A stretch of DNA of 64,000 nt from Bacteroidales bacterium (GCA_018401355.1 JAGYLD010000003.1:10444-74443), one strand, 5' to 3'; positions 9,791 through 18,858 are shown, numbered from the stretch's first letter. The notes: generated from the letters alone by a model not told the origin. A program made the numbers and translations.

Positions 9791-11029
9791 ATGGCGACAG
9801 TCTTCAAAAAGGATACTCAGTATTTTAAGTTTTGCTTTTACGGCTTTTTCAAAAACTTGAGATTTTTTGAAGCATTTCTTGTGTTGTTCTTCCTGGAAAA
9901 TGGGCTTAGCTTTTTTGAGATAGGGATACTATATTCTATTCGAGAGATCATACGTTATATATTCGAAATTCCTACAGGCATCATTGCCGATACAATAGGA
10001 CGCAGGCGATTTATGTTAATAGCGTTTGTATTTTATATTGCTTCCTTCCTGTTTTTTTACTTATCCATGACTTTTGCTGTTTTTGTTGTTGCAATGATTG
10101 CTTTTTCATTGGGAGATGCCTTGCGCAGTGGCAATCATAAAGCAATGATCATAGAATACTTGACAATGAAGGGTTGGCAGAATGACAAAGTACATTATTA
10201 TGGAAATACCAGATCCTGGTCTCAATTTGGCTCAGCTTTGTCTTCCATTGTTGGTGGTTTTATCGTTTTTTTCACAGGAAGTTTCAGGGATATTTTCCTT
10301 TTCTCCGTTATTCCATATGTATTGGATTTTGCCTTGGTTGCTTCATATCCAAGCAGCCTGGACGGAAGCATAAAAGGTTTTGATATCAAAAGGACAGGCA
10401 AAGAGTTTGCCGAGGTTTTCAGGCAATACAGGATGGCACTAAAAAATTTCCATGTCACCAGGGCCATCCTTAACATATCTGTATATAGTGGTTATTACAG
10501 GGCAGTAAAGGATTATCTCCAACCGGTAATTAAGTCTTTCGCACTGACATTGCCTTTTTTGATATCATTCACCGATAAACAACGTTCATCAATTTTGGTT
10601 GGGATCATATTTTTTGTCATTTACCTGTTGAATTCAGTTTCTTCCAGATTGTCAGGACACGTCTCTGATCACTTCAAGAATATCTATAAACCACTTAACA
10701 TTTCTATTTTCATTGGGTTAGCTGCAGGTTTACTGAGTGGAATATTTTATGATATTGGTTTTTATATCCTGGCGGTTGTACTATTTATGCTTATTTATAT
10801 GATCGAGAACCTCAGGAAGCCAATGGGAGTTGCTTATGTAAGCGAAACCATCGATAAAAGGCTACTGGCTTCTGCAATGTCAACCCATAGTCTTTACCAA
10901 TCAATAATTGCTGCTGTCATTGCACCTATAATTGGTATCTTTGCAGACTGGTTGGGATTAGGAAACGGATTGGTTATTGTCTCAGTAATGATTGCACTGG
11001 TGGTTCCCTTTTTCCTGGCCAGAAAATAA
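9791..11029 (+). CDS. MFS-type transporter (substrate unknown)
   Basis: 412-aa ORF with about 12 hydrophobic segments. The loop motif ADTIGRRRF after TM2 is MFS-like (D-x-x-G-R-R). It starts 16 nt after the tnaA stop. Confidence 0.65.
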   Translation: MATVFKKDTQYFKFCFYGFFKNLRFFEAFLVLFFLENGLSFFEIGILYSIREIIRYIFEIPTGIIADTIGRRRFMLIAFVFYIASFLFFYLSMTFAVFVVAMIAFSLGDALRSGNHKAMIIEYLTMKGWQNDKVHYYGNTRSWSQFGSALSSIVGGFIVFFTGSFRDIFLFSVIPYVLDFALVASYPSSLDGSIKGFDIKRTGKEFAEVFRQYRMALKNFHVTRAILNISVYSGYYRAVKDYLQPVIKSFALTLPFLISFTDKQRSSILVGIIFFVIYLLNSVSSRLSGHVSDHFKNIYKPLNISIFIGLAAGLLSGIFYDIGFYILAVVLFMLIYMIENLRKPMGVAYVSETIDKRLLASAMSTHSLYQSIIAAVIAPIIGIFADWLGLGNGLVIVSVMIALVVPFFLARK

Positions 11030-11038
11030 TGACTTCAT

Positions 11039-11509
11039 ATGGATAGCAATAAGAAGGAAAAAAGATATAAGCGCATTTTTGATCAGATCGAAGGTCTGAT
11101 AAAGGATAATTCCTGGATGGAGGCGAGTATGGCAACCATTGCAGCAGTTTTACATCAAAAAATGGATTATTTTTTCTGGACAGGTTTTTACTTGCTCAGG
11201 GATGGTGAACTTATTGTTGGACCTTATCAGGGTCCACTAGCATGTATCAAACTACAGAAGGATACAGGTGTTTGCTGGGCAGGCATCAATCAAAATAGAA
11301 CACTTATTGTGCCGGACGTTCAACAGTTTCCGGGTCATATTGCATGTGATTCAAGGTCACAATCTGAGATGGTTGTACCCCTGAAAAATCTCAACGATGA
11401 AATCATTGGTGTTCTGGATGTCGACAGCAAGGATCTTAATTCCTTTGATGAGGTTGATGCCAGATGGCTTGAAAGAATCCTGTCACTAACCAATAAAGGA
11501 ACCCAATAA
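11039..11509 (+). CDS. msrC: GAF-domain free methionine-(R)-sulfoxide reductase (YebR/MsrC-like)
   Basis: 156-aa ORF. WTGFYLL...LIVGPYQGPLACIKL...GVCW...GHIACDSRSQSEMVVPL...IIGVLDVDS aligns by eye with E. coli YebR (WAGFYLL...LGPFQGKIACVRI...GVCG...GHIACDAASNSEIVLPL...IIGVLDIDS). Confidence 0.75.
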   Translation: MDSNKKEKRYKRIFDQIEGLIKDNSWMEASMATIAAVLHQKMDYFFWTGFYLLRDGELIVGPYQGPLACIKLQKDTGVCWAGINQNRTLIVPDVQQFPGHIACDSRSQSEMVVPLKNLNDEIIGVLDVDSKDLNSFDEVDARWLERILSLTNKGTQ

Positions 11510-11510
11510 T

Positions 11511-12071
11511 ATGCCTGCATATCATCTTCTCCTTGCGATTGCTCTGGCCCTGCCGATTTTCTCGGTTTCTATGAAAAGTGGAGTATTCAGGTGCCAGTCT
11601 TTTATGGAGCTATTAAGAACTGCTCTTTCTATGGCTGTTTTCCTATCATTACTTTTTGTGGCAGGGTGGTTTGTTTCAGGCCTCCTGAGAAATTGGGTTT
11701 CATCAATAGGATGGATCCTCGGAATATCTTTGCTTTTGATCCTTGGCTTAAAGTTGTTGTTTTATACTTTCGACAAAAGGGGAACACCTTCTTTATACAA
11801 TGTTGGAAATATCAGCGTTTTGATTGCATTGTCCATTGCAACCGGTATGAATGGGTTTGTTGCAGGTATGGCATATTGTATGTTGGGGGTTGGGTTGTTC
11901 CCACTAATATATTTTATCGCAGTGCTTGCATTATTATTCTCTATATTCGGCATAGTGTTGGGAAAGATGAAAGGAAATCTCAGGATTACCCGTTTTTTTG
12001 ACCTGGCATCAGGAATATTGATAATTTTGCTGGCAGCTATAGTGCTGTTAAATACCATTTATCTTGTATAA
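11511..12071 (+). CDS. Six-TM membrane protein, MntP/DUF204-like fold but with the acidic signature residues replaced
   Basis: 186-aa ORF. The N-terminus LLAIALALPIFSVSMKSG aligns with E. coli MntP LLAFGMSMDAFAASIGKG. The second half, ATGMNGFVAG, aligns with ATSLDAMAVG. Size and two-fold internal symmetry match. The start is 1 nt after the upstream stop. Confidence 0.45.
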   Translation: MPAYHLLLAIALALPIFSVSMKSGVFRCQSFMELLRTALSMAVFLSLLFVAGWFVSGLLRNWVSSIGWILGISLLLILGLKLLFYTFDKRGTPSLYNVGNISVLIALSIATGMNGFVAGMAYCMLGVGLFPLIYFIAVLALLFSIFGIVLGKMKGNLRITRFFDLASGILIILLAAIVLLNTIYLV

Positions 12072-12074
12072 AAA

Positions 12075-12524
12075 ATGTCAAAAATCAGGATAACCAAACA
12101 GTTTACTTTTGAGATGGCACATGTGCTGAAGGACTATGACGGGCCCTGCAAGAATATACATGGCCATTCCTATGAATTATTCGTTACACTTATCGGAAAG
12201 CCAAGCAATAATAAAAACTCTCCTAAATATGGTATGATCATGGATTTTAAAGATCTCAAGGCATTGGTAAAAAAGAATGTTACAGATTATTATGACCATG
12301 CCTTGCTGATCAGTGACAAGCATGATCCTGCAGTTATAAATTCTTTAAAATCTTCATTTGAAAAGGTAGTTGTCACGCCATTTCAACCAACAAGTGAAAA
12401 CCTCGTCCGGGAAATTGCAAGGACCATCATCTCCTTCCTTCCTGAAGATATTGAACTTCACAACCTCAAACTCAGGGAAACAGCAACAGCTTATGCTGAA
12501 TGGTTTGCAGAAGATAACCAATAA
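12075..12524 (+). CDS. queD: 6-carboxy-5,6,7,8-tetrahydropterin synthase (6-pyruvoyl-tetrahydropterin synthase family)
   Basis: 149-aa ORF. FTFEMAHVL...CKNIHGHSYELFV carries the Cys-x3-His-Gly-His zinc/catalytic signature of the QueD/PTPS family. Confidence 0.85.
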   Translation: MSKIRITKQFTFEMAHVLKDYDGPCKNIHGHSYELFVTLIGKPSNNKNSPKYGMIMDFKDLKALVKKNVTDYYDHALLISDKHDPAVINSLKSSFEKVVVTPFQPTSENLVREIARTIISFLPEDIELHNLKLRETATAYAEWFAEDNQ

Positions 12525-12530
12525 TAAAAA

Positions 12531-12552
12531 GGGACCGGATATGACCGGTCCC
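12531..12552. terminator. GC-rich hairpin between convergent queD and PKD/T9SS genes
   Basis: GGGACCGG-atatga-CCGGTCCC is a perfect 8-bp stem with a 6-nt loop, 6 nt after the queD stop. There is no clean U-tract (ttcccctt follows). Confidence 0.5.
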
Positions 12553-12650
12553 TTCCCCTTAACAGATTACCATGGGCATATGATATTTACTAGTTGATAA
12601 GGAGTTTTCTGCTATTTTTTTTCTCTGGTGAAATTGCCTGAAAATGCAAA

Positions 12651-13970
12651 TTATTTCACAAATTTTCTCGTTATTAACAAATTGCCATCCGGGTTGGTAA
12701 TGTTAAGTAAATAAACTCCCTGATTGAGATGCCCAACTTCCAGTTTTACAGGGTCATTTAGGTGAACCTGATTTATGATCTTTTCCAGGCATCTTCTACC
12801 TGTGATATCATAAACTGAAGCTTTCAGTTTTTCAGTATTGCTATATTTTATTGAAATGTTAATTTGATCTTTGGCGGGATTAGGATAAACATTCCCAGCC
12901 AAGATATTTTTTGAAGTTTCATCAATTCCATGGATATTACTCTCAAAAACTTCAACCATAACGGAGGTAATTGAGGGTTGGTTGTTTGAAAGTGTTATTT
13001 CAATTACTTCACTGTATTTGCCGGGGATTTCTGCCAGCAACCGATAGCTTCCCAGTGGAATCTGATTAAGGGTAAAGTACCCTGACAGATCAGCAAAGGA
13101 AAAATCAATGGCCTGGCCAGATTGATCTTGGAGTATCACACAGGCACCTTTTATATTAAAGTATTTGTCATATAAAGAGGGTTCAGAGTAAACTATTTGA
13201 CCACTAATGGAACCCGGGCCTGTAAGATTAGCATTGATTGGGATCATGTAAGTATCCAGGCTATAAGCATGAGTATCCAGCATGGTGATCAGATCAGCAT
13301 TTTGCCAGGTATAACTGTTATTAAAGTAAGTAGGAAGATAATTTTCTGAGTGTGTGGATTGATCGGATAATTTTATCCTGATGATATAATTACCCCCCAG
13401 AATTCCTGAAAACCAGAAATAACCGAGGTTCATGAAGATATTGGAGTCAACTACCTGAACTGTGTTGTTGCTTTTACGTCTGTAAAGGGTTGCAATTCCT
13501 GTGTCGCCTTCATGCACAGGGTTGTTGATGGGGCTTGATCCGGTGTATGCAAATCCTCCCATGAGGAAGTATTCAGGCATTGTTACAGGATAACAAATAC
13601 TGTCAAAACATCCTGTTGAATCGTTGGAGATAAGGAGGCAAACATTAAAGGTCCCTTCTTTATCAAACACATGTATTGGGTTTCGAACATTGCTTGTGTT
13701 TCCGTCATCAAATTCCCAATGCCATGAAGTAATGTTTCCTGAGGATTTATCTTTAAAAAAGAACCGGTAGGGTTGTGTTGAATTTGAATCTACCTGAAAA
13801 GAAAAGTCTGCTTCACAGGTTGGCAGTTCTGTTATGGTTATTTCTGCACTATCATCGTTGTAACCATTGTTGAGTGAATTGTAGCTCTGGGCAGTAACAT
13901 AAATCACATAATTTTTTTTAGAGAGAATAAAGGATGCAATAATTATTATAAGAAAATATATTTTCTTCAT
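12651..13970 (-). CDS. Secreted PKD-domain protein with CarboxypepD_reg/Cna-B-like domains and T9SS C-terminal sorting domain (cassette B cargo)
   Basis: 439-aa ORF with signal peptide MKKIYFLIIIIASFILS. The PKD-type segment is WHWEFDDGNTSNVRNPIHVFDKEGTFNVCLLISN. The C-terminus VYPNPAKDQINISI...GVYLLNITNPDG...RKFVK is a T9SS CTD pattern. Paralog of 15942..17591. Confidence 0.8.
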   Translation of the reverse strand: MKKIYFLIIIIASFILSKKNYVIYVTAQSYNSLNNGYNDDSAEITITELPTCEADFSFQVDSNSTQPYRFFFKDKSSGNITSWHWEFDDGNTSNVRNPIHVFDKEGTFNVCLLISNDSTGCFDSICYPVTMPEYFLMGGFAYTGSSPINNPVHEGDTGIATLYRRKSNNTVQVVDSNIFMNLGYFWFSGILGGNYIIRIKLSDQSTHSENYLPTYFNNSYTWQNADLITMLDTHAYSLDTYMIPINANLTGPGSISGQIVYSEPSLYDKYFNIKGACVILQDQSGQAIDFSFADLSGYFTLNQIPLGSYRLLAEIPGKYSEVIEITLSNNQPSITSVMVEVFESNIHGIDETSKNILAGNVYPNPAKDQINISIKYSNTEKLKASVYDITGRRCLEKIINQVHLNDPVKLEVGHLNQGVYLLNITNPDGNLLITRKFVK

Positions 13971-13982
13971 TTTTTTAATAAT

Positions 13983-15263
13983 TTAAGTAAAACCCGTCCT
14001 CAACCCAATACTATAGGGCATCCCGGAATTATAACCACCACCATTTTTATATACTGGATGGAAATATTGGGTAAAGACAGGTTCGAGTGAAAATTTAAGC
14101 TTTTTTGATAAAGTGTAATTCAATCCAAGTCCAAACATCCATCGGATGTTGGTTTTTAATCTTCCGGGATACAGTTTTTCAGTTGCTGTGATGGTGATAT
14201 CATTCGCTTTTATATCTGGATTTGGTTCGTCTTTATAAAGCATTAATGAAAAGATGACTCCGGTTCGCATTGAGAGTGAAAACCGGTTCTTTTCCCACAG
14301 GACAAACCCAAGGTTTAATGGGACCTGAAGGTAGAGATATTTGTTGGTCACCTGTTTTATGTCAATATGATCAATTGAATCATAAATTCCGGCTATTTTG
14401 AGATTAAATATGATTGAATCAGGATATTCAGGATGCATGCTGAATGATTGGACGTCGTAATAAAATCCAACGCTGTCGTAGCTTCTGTAAGAAACACTGG
14501 TATTTCCATGTTCTGTGAAATAACCAATTCCTATACCTGACTGGATAAAAAACCTGGATGGTTTATAATCGAAGGTAAATTCGAAAGCATAGTTATTTCT
14601 GTTGTCGCTTTTATCATAGTATGTTATTCCGGGGGTAAAGTGAGCTCCAAGAATAAATTCATTTTGCTTATAATATTGTTGTTTTTTCTGAGGGAGCAAG
14701 GGAGTGAGGTTTTCCTTATGGTTCGCAGAAATGTCAAACCCGGAAGAAATTAAATATTCAGGAATCAGGCCAGGTCCAATGCCGCTCAGGTAGAAAGGGG
14801 TAACCTTTTGGGCTAATTGATTACTTTGAATAATGGTATTTTCAGGACGATCAATTGCTGTGTTCTTATCGGGTTCTTTTTCTGTAATAAATATTTCTTT
14901 TGGAGTATTTACAACTGAATGTTTTTGTTTTGATTCTTCATTGTTGGTGATTGTTTCTGAAACTGTAGAATGATCAATATTGCCTGGGTTGCTCATACCT
15001 GCAGAAGAATGAGAATAAATTAGTGATTGAGGGTCAACAGGATGCTCAGTTGGATTTGAGAATATCAAAACGGTTGATATAGCTATGATGGCTGATCCCA
15101 GGATTAAAAACAATGGCCAGGTTCTTTTTAAGAAAATATTATTGAAACCGCCTTCACTTAAGCTCGTTTCAATGGCTGACCATGCGTTATCTGATGGTTC
15201 AATGGTGTTTCCATTGAGCGTATTCAGAATTATCTTGTCGACATTTTTTAATTCGTTACCCAT
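13983..15263 (-). CDS. Putative anti-sigma factor fused to a C-terminal outer-membrane beta-barrel-like domain (cassette B)
   Basis: 426-aa ORF overlapping the upstream ECF sigma gene by 8 nt. It has a ~48-aa N-terminal segment, then one TM helix WPLFLILGSAIIAISTVLIF (aa 49-68). An N/S/T/Q/P-rich linker follows. The last ~220 aa are alternating beta-strand-like sequence ending YSIGLRTGFT. Paralog of 17602..18858. Confidence 0.55.
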   Translation of the reverse strand: MGNELKNVDKIILNTLNGNTIEPSDNAWSAIETSLSEGGFNNIFLKRTWPLFLILGSAIIAISTVLIFSNPTEHPVDPQSLIYSHSSAGMSNPGNIDHSTVSETITNNEESKQKHSVVNTPKEIFITEKEPDKNTAIDRPENTIIQSNQLAQKVTPFYLSGIGPGLIPEYLISSGFDISANHKENLTPLLPQKKQQYYKQNEFILGAHFTPGITYYDKSDNRNNYAFEFTFDYKPSRFFIQSGIGIGYFTEHGNTSVSYRSYDSVGFYYDVQSFSMHPEYPDSIIFNLKIAGIYDSIDHIDIKQVTNKYLYLQVPLNLGFVLWEKNRFSLSMRTGVIFSLMLYKDEPNPDIKANDITITATEKLYPGRLKTNIRWMFGLGLNYTLSKKLKFSLEPVFTQYFHPVYKNGGGYNSGMPYSIGLRTGFT

Positions 15264-15828
15264 TTATATTATTTTGGACACTTTCTTTGATATAAGGTTG
15301 TATTTTTTTTCGTAAGTACTGCCTGGCCTTAAAAAGTTGTGTTTTGGATGTATTTACTGATACACCTAATTTATCAGCAATCTCTGCATGTGAATACCCT
15401 TCAAAAACAAACATGTTAAACACAAATCTGTAGCCTTCCGGCATATTTTGTACAATGGCTAATATTATCTCCTTATTAACCGGCAACTCCGGGTCAATCT
15501 CACGATCTTTCTCATTTGATAGTTGTTCATGGATTTCACTGATCTCCACATATCGCTGATGTTTTAAGTTTTTATGATAATGATTGATGGCGGTGTTGAT
15601 CATGATTCTTTTCATCCATCCCTCGAAAGAGCCTTCACTCCGGAAGCTTCCTATTTTATTATAGATCTTTATAAACCCTTCCTGGAGAATGTCTTCTGCT
15701 TCATTGATGTCGTTAGAGTACCGGGTACAAATCCCAAGCAAAACCGGGGCATATTTCCGGTACAGTTCCCGAAATGCCTTTCTGCTCCCCTTTCCGCACG
15801 CTTCAATTATTTTTTGATCTGACACCAT
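15256..15828 (-). CDS. ECF-type RNA polymerase sigma-70 family factor (cassette B)
   Basis: Region 2 reads EAEDILQEGFIKIY...GWMKRIMINTAINHY. Region 4 reads MPEGYRFVFNMFVFEGYSHAEIADKLGVSVNTSKTQLFKARQYL. I prefer the ATG at 15828 (MVSDQKIIEACG...), which aligns with the paralog's start, over the ORF-track start at 15885. Confidence 0.85.
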   Translation of the reverse strand: MVSDQKIIEACGKGSRKAFRELYRKYAPVLLGICTRYSNDINEAEDILQEGFIKIYNKIGSFRSEGSFEGWMKRIMINTAINHYHKNLKHQRYVEISEIHEQLSNEKDREIDPELPVNKEIILAIVQNMPEGYRFVFNMFVFEGYSHAEIADKLGVSVNTSKTQLFKARQYLRKKIQPYIKESVQNNING

Positions 15829-15890
15829 CAGCCAAGTACTAATGAATAGACAATTTGATTTAATGGAGGTTGTCTGAAAAACCATAAAAG

Positions 15891-15924
15891 AAAAAGCATC
15901 CTGTGTTTTTTCAAGATGCTTTTT
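15891..15924 (-). terminator. Hairpin separating the two sigma cassettes
   Basis: AAAAAGCATC-(14 nt)-GATGCTTTTT is a 10-bp inverted repeat flanked by A/T runs. It begins 17 nt downstream (minus strand) of the 15942 stop of the cassette A cargo gene. Confidence 0.5.
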
Positions 15925-15941
15925 CCGGTATTATTGGATTT

Positions 15942-17591
15942 TTAGTTATTGGTTATTATCAATTTTCTGGAGATTATAAAATTGTCCTCTGTTAAGAAAA
16001 GGACCTTATATATCCCTTCAGATAAACTGCCGGTACTAAGGTCAAGCCGGTTCATTCCTGGGAAGACCTGGTAAAGGTTTGATTTTACAAATTGGCCGGC
16101 AGTATTAATAATCTTTACATCAAGATGTGAATTTTTTAAAACCTCAATGTTAAGATAAGCCTTATCTTTACAAGGATTGGGATATATATCATATATTTTA
16201 TTGACAAAGGCAGATCCTGGTTCTACAATATCAAAAGTGATTTGGTCAGATAAAATTATAAGGATCAGGTCGTTGAAATTTGTATTGTTCGCATCCAATG
16301 TTACAATTGCAGGGATGGTATGTTTTCCCGGGATTTCCGCGTGAACTTTATAAGTTCCCAGTGGTAGTTGGTTAAATATAAAAGTTCCATCTGTTTCTGA
16401 TTCGAAATAATGGGCGCAGGTTCCTGAGTTTTCCATCAGCATTATTGATATGCCTTTTGCCGGTGAATTTCCAGGGTTTTCGCCACCACTGCCATAGGTT
16501 ATATTTCCCTGTATCAGCCCATTACCTGATTCACCATCTGTTTTCTTGATAAAGTTGATATCACATTCAAAATTGTTGTTTCTCAGGTTAACGATTTCGG
16601 CAACTTCCCAACTCAGGTGGTCGCCATGATAAGTGGGCAGGTATTGTCCGTAGTGTATCGAAGTGTTTTGCAATTGAACCCTACTCACATATTCACCTTC
16701 AAGGAGGTGATAGAAGTAGTAATATCCAAGGGTATCTATCCTGGCAGTATCGATGGGGGTCAGCTCATCTTTGTCATTGAACTTATAGAGGTAGGCGTAA
16801 CCAAAATCTATAGGGAAGCCACCGATCTTGGCATGTCCTCCAAGGTGAAAATACGCCTTGTCAATAACGTGAATAGCCTTGGTGATGGTACTTACGTCAA
16901 AGTAGTCATCATGGGTGATTTTATTTGAGATGGTGAGTGTTACATTATATACTCCGGGTTCATCATAAACATGTTGGGGGTTTTGTATGGCAGCAATATT
17001 TGTATTATCACCAAAATCCCATTCCCATGTTCTGATATTTTCTCCAATGGAGTTGTCATAAAAATTGTATAAAAGTTCTCCAACAACGACAGTATCCTTC
17101 AATGCGTAAAAACTTGCCTGAAAATCATTATTGGTTGCGGGGTCGAAAATTTCGATATCATCAACAACGATGTGAGCTTCATAGTCCCAATAGAATCTGA
17201 AATATTTTTGTTCTTTGTATTGCAGGTTATTTTCGTCGTATGTATATATTACAAGTGATCCCTGGTCGCAAGTTGTTTGAATTGTATCGAAGTAAAAACC
17301 GGATTCGTTAGTAATAACAGAGTCTGAATAAACAAATGAAGGATTGTAGGATATGTCTGATTGAATATAAACAGTTTGGTTGGGAACTGGCGCTCCGCTG
17401 GTTTCATTGGTTATCTGGCCGGAGATATATACATAGCCATATTCTGAACCATTGATCTGAGAGATGGCAAATTGAGGGAGGAGAAGCAAGAGGAAAAGCC
17501 AAATTCCTCCTGCGAAGAACACTTGCCTCAGTTCGCCGTAGCTCCTATGGCGATGTTCTGCAAGCCTAATTTTTCTGTTATACATCTTCAT
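15942..17591 (-). CDS. Secreted PKD-domain protein with CarboxypepD_reg/Cna-B-like domains and T9SS C-terminal sorting domain (cassette A cargo)
   Basis: 549-aa ORF. The PKD-type segment is WEWDFGDNTNIAAIQNPQHVYDEPGVYNVTLTISN. LPLGTYKVHAEIPGKH is paralogous to LGSYRLLAEIPGKY in 12651..13970. The C-terminus IYPNPCKDKAYLNIEV...GIYKVLFLTEDN...KLIITNN is a T9SS CTD pattern. Confidence 0.8.
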   Translation of the reverse strand: MKMYNRKIRLAEHRHRSYGELRQVFFAGGIWLFLLLLLPQFAISQINGSEYGYVYISGQITNETSGAPVPNQTVYIQSDISYNPSFVYSDSVITNESGFYFDTIQTTCDQGSLVIYTYDENNLQYKEQKYFRFYWDYEAHIVVDDIEIFDPATNNDFQASFYALKDTVVVGELLYNFYDNSIGENIRTWEWDFGDNTNIAAIQNPQHVYDEPGVYNVTLTISNKITHDDYFDVSTITKAIHVIDKAYFHLGGHAKIGGFPIDFGYAYLYKFNDKDELTPIDTARIDTLGYYYFYHLLEGEYVSRVQLQNTSIHYGQYLPTYHGDHLSWEVAEIVNLRNNNFECDINFIKKTDGESGNGLIQGNITYGSGGENPGNSPAKGISIMLMENSGTCAHYFESETDGTFIFNQLPLGTYKVHAEIPGKHTIPAIVTLDANNTNFNDLILIILSDQITFDIVEPGSAFVNKIYDIYPNPCKDKAYLNIEVLKNSHLDVKIINTAGQFVKSNLYQVFPGMNRLDLSTGSLSEGIYKVLFLTEDNFIISRKLIITNN

Positions 17592-17601
17592 AATCCTTCA
17601 T

Positions 17602-18858
17602 TTAAAAGTTGAATAACAGGCCAGCCCTGACGCCTGCGGAATAAGTATGCTTTGAACGAATGTAAGATCGTTCATAAGCTGATGTCAGATAGTATCTGAA
17701 CACAGGTTCGAAGGAAAGGCTGACCCTTTTATGAATCCGGTAATTGATCCCGGCTCCCAAAACAAATTGCACATTAGAGCTTACCCTTTGTGGTTGTTTG
17801 TTTTCATTGAGCGCAAGAAGAATATCCTGATCTGTTATGTTTACTTCGGGAATATTTTTATGTACCAGGAATGCAAAGGAAGGTCCACCCTTTACAAACC
17901 ATGAAATACGCTTATAGTCTTTCTTAAATCCGATCAGCAATGGAATTTCCAGATATGTATATTTATTCTTTGTTGGATGATATGATTCTGACACTGAATC
18001 GTAAACATCTTCAGGGCTGGTATGATAGGTTGGGATAACCCCGTTTTCGGTTGAATCGAAGGTAACTTCATAGACATCGTCATAAGTTCCAAGATATTTC
18101 TGGTAATCATATGAATATCCTCCCTGGTCTTTGGAGAAGTTAAGTCCCAATCCTGTTTCAACAAAGAAATCTGAAAAATGTAATGCTGCACTTAAATCGA
18201 ACCTGTAAGAATTTTGGTTGTTGATGTTATCCTCGGGATAGAACATAACCTCAGGGCTGAAATGCACACCCATGACTAATTCTGGTCTGGCCCTGTAGTT
18301 TTGGATGTTACCACTCAGACTATTATAGGTTGGTTTTAAGTTTTGATTATCAGCATGTATGTTCGGCTTATCATTTTCAGCAAGAATTTTGCGTGAGCTC
18401 AAATTACCCATGGTAAAGACCCTGATGTTTTCCCTTGCACTGGGTTTTTCTTCACTTACCAGCGATGGGAATGATTTTCCAAATCCCGTTTGAGGTCCTG
18501 CAGGATTTTCATTTTGGAGGCTAATATCGGTTGTATTTATGCTTTGAGCTGGTATGGTTACAGGATTTGTGTTTTGATATGCTGTATTATCTTGTGATGT
18601 AGCGATATTTTGATTTTTTTGAATAGAATTTGCAGGTTGGATATTTTCCTGTTTGATGGTATTTATTCCCAGCATCAATGCTATCAGGATAATGGCTGCA
18701 ATGGAGGCCAGTGAAACGGGATTGCTAAAGAGCGTTCCGGAATTATTACCCGGGATATTCGCTTTTATCCTATCCCATATGTATTCGGGCGGTTGGGCTT
18801 CGAACGATTGAAATCTGTTACGAAAGACTTCATCCATATGTTTGGAATCTCTGTTCAC
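17602..18858 (-). CDS. Putative anti-sigma factor fused to a C-terminal outer-membrane beta-barrel-like domain (cassette A)
   Basis: 418-aa ORF overlapping the upstream sigma gene by 4 nt. The N-terminus is ...FEAQPPEYIWDRIKANIP, followed by a TM helix VSLASIAAIILIALMLGI. An N/Q/S/T/P-rich linker follows. The C-terminal beta-strand region ends AGVRAGLLFNF, an OMP-type terminal aromatic signature. Confidence 0.6.
   Translation of the reverse strand: MNRDSKHMDEVFRNRFQSFEAQPPEYIWDRIKANIPGNNSGTLFSNPVSLASIAAIILIALMLGINTIKQENIQPANSIQKNQNIATSQDNTAYQNTNPVTIPAQSINTTDISLQNENPAGPQTGFGKSFPSLVSEEKPSARENIRVFTMGNLSSRKILAENDKPNIHADNQNLKPTYNSLSGNIQNYRARPELVMGVHFSPEVMFYPEDNINNQNSYRFDLSAALHFSDFFVETGLGLNFSKDQGGYSYDYQKYLGTYDDVYEVTFDSTENGVIPTYHTSPEDVYDSVSESYHPTKNKYTYLEIPLLIGFKKDYKRISWFVKGGPSFAFLVHKNIPEVNITDQDILLALNENKQPQRVSSNVQFVLGAGINYRIHKRVSLSFEPVFRYYLTSAYERSYIRSKHTYSAGVRAGLLFNF

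Noticed and set aside
15829-15885. 19-codon N-terminal extension of the cassette B sigma factor (MVFQTTSIKSNCLFISTWL)
   Set aside because: The paralogous sigma starts at the position equivalent to ATG 15828. The extension would abut the terminator hairpin at 15891..15924 and leave no promoter space. It is not excluded experimentally.
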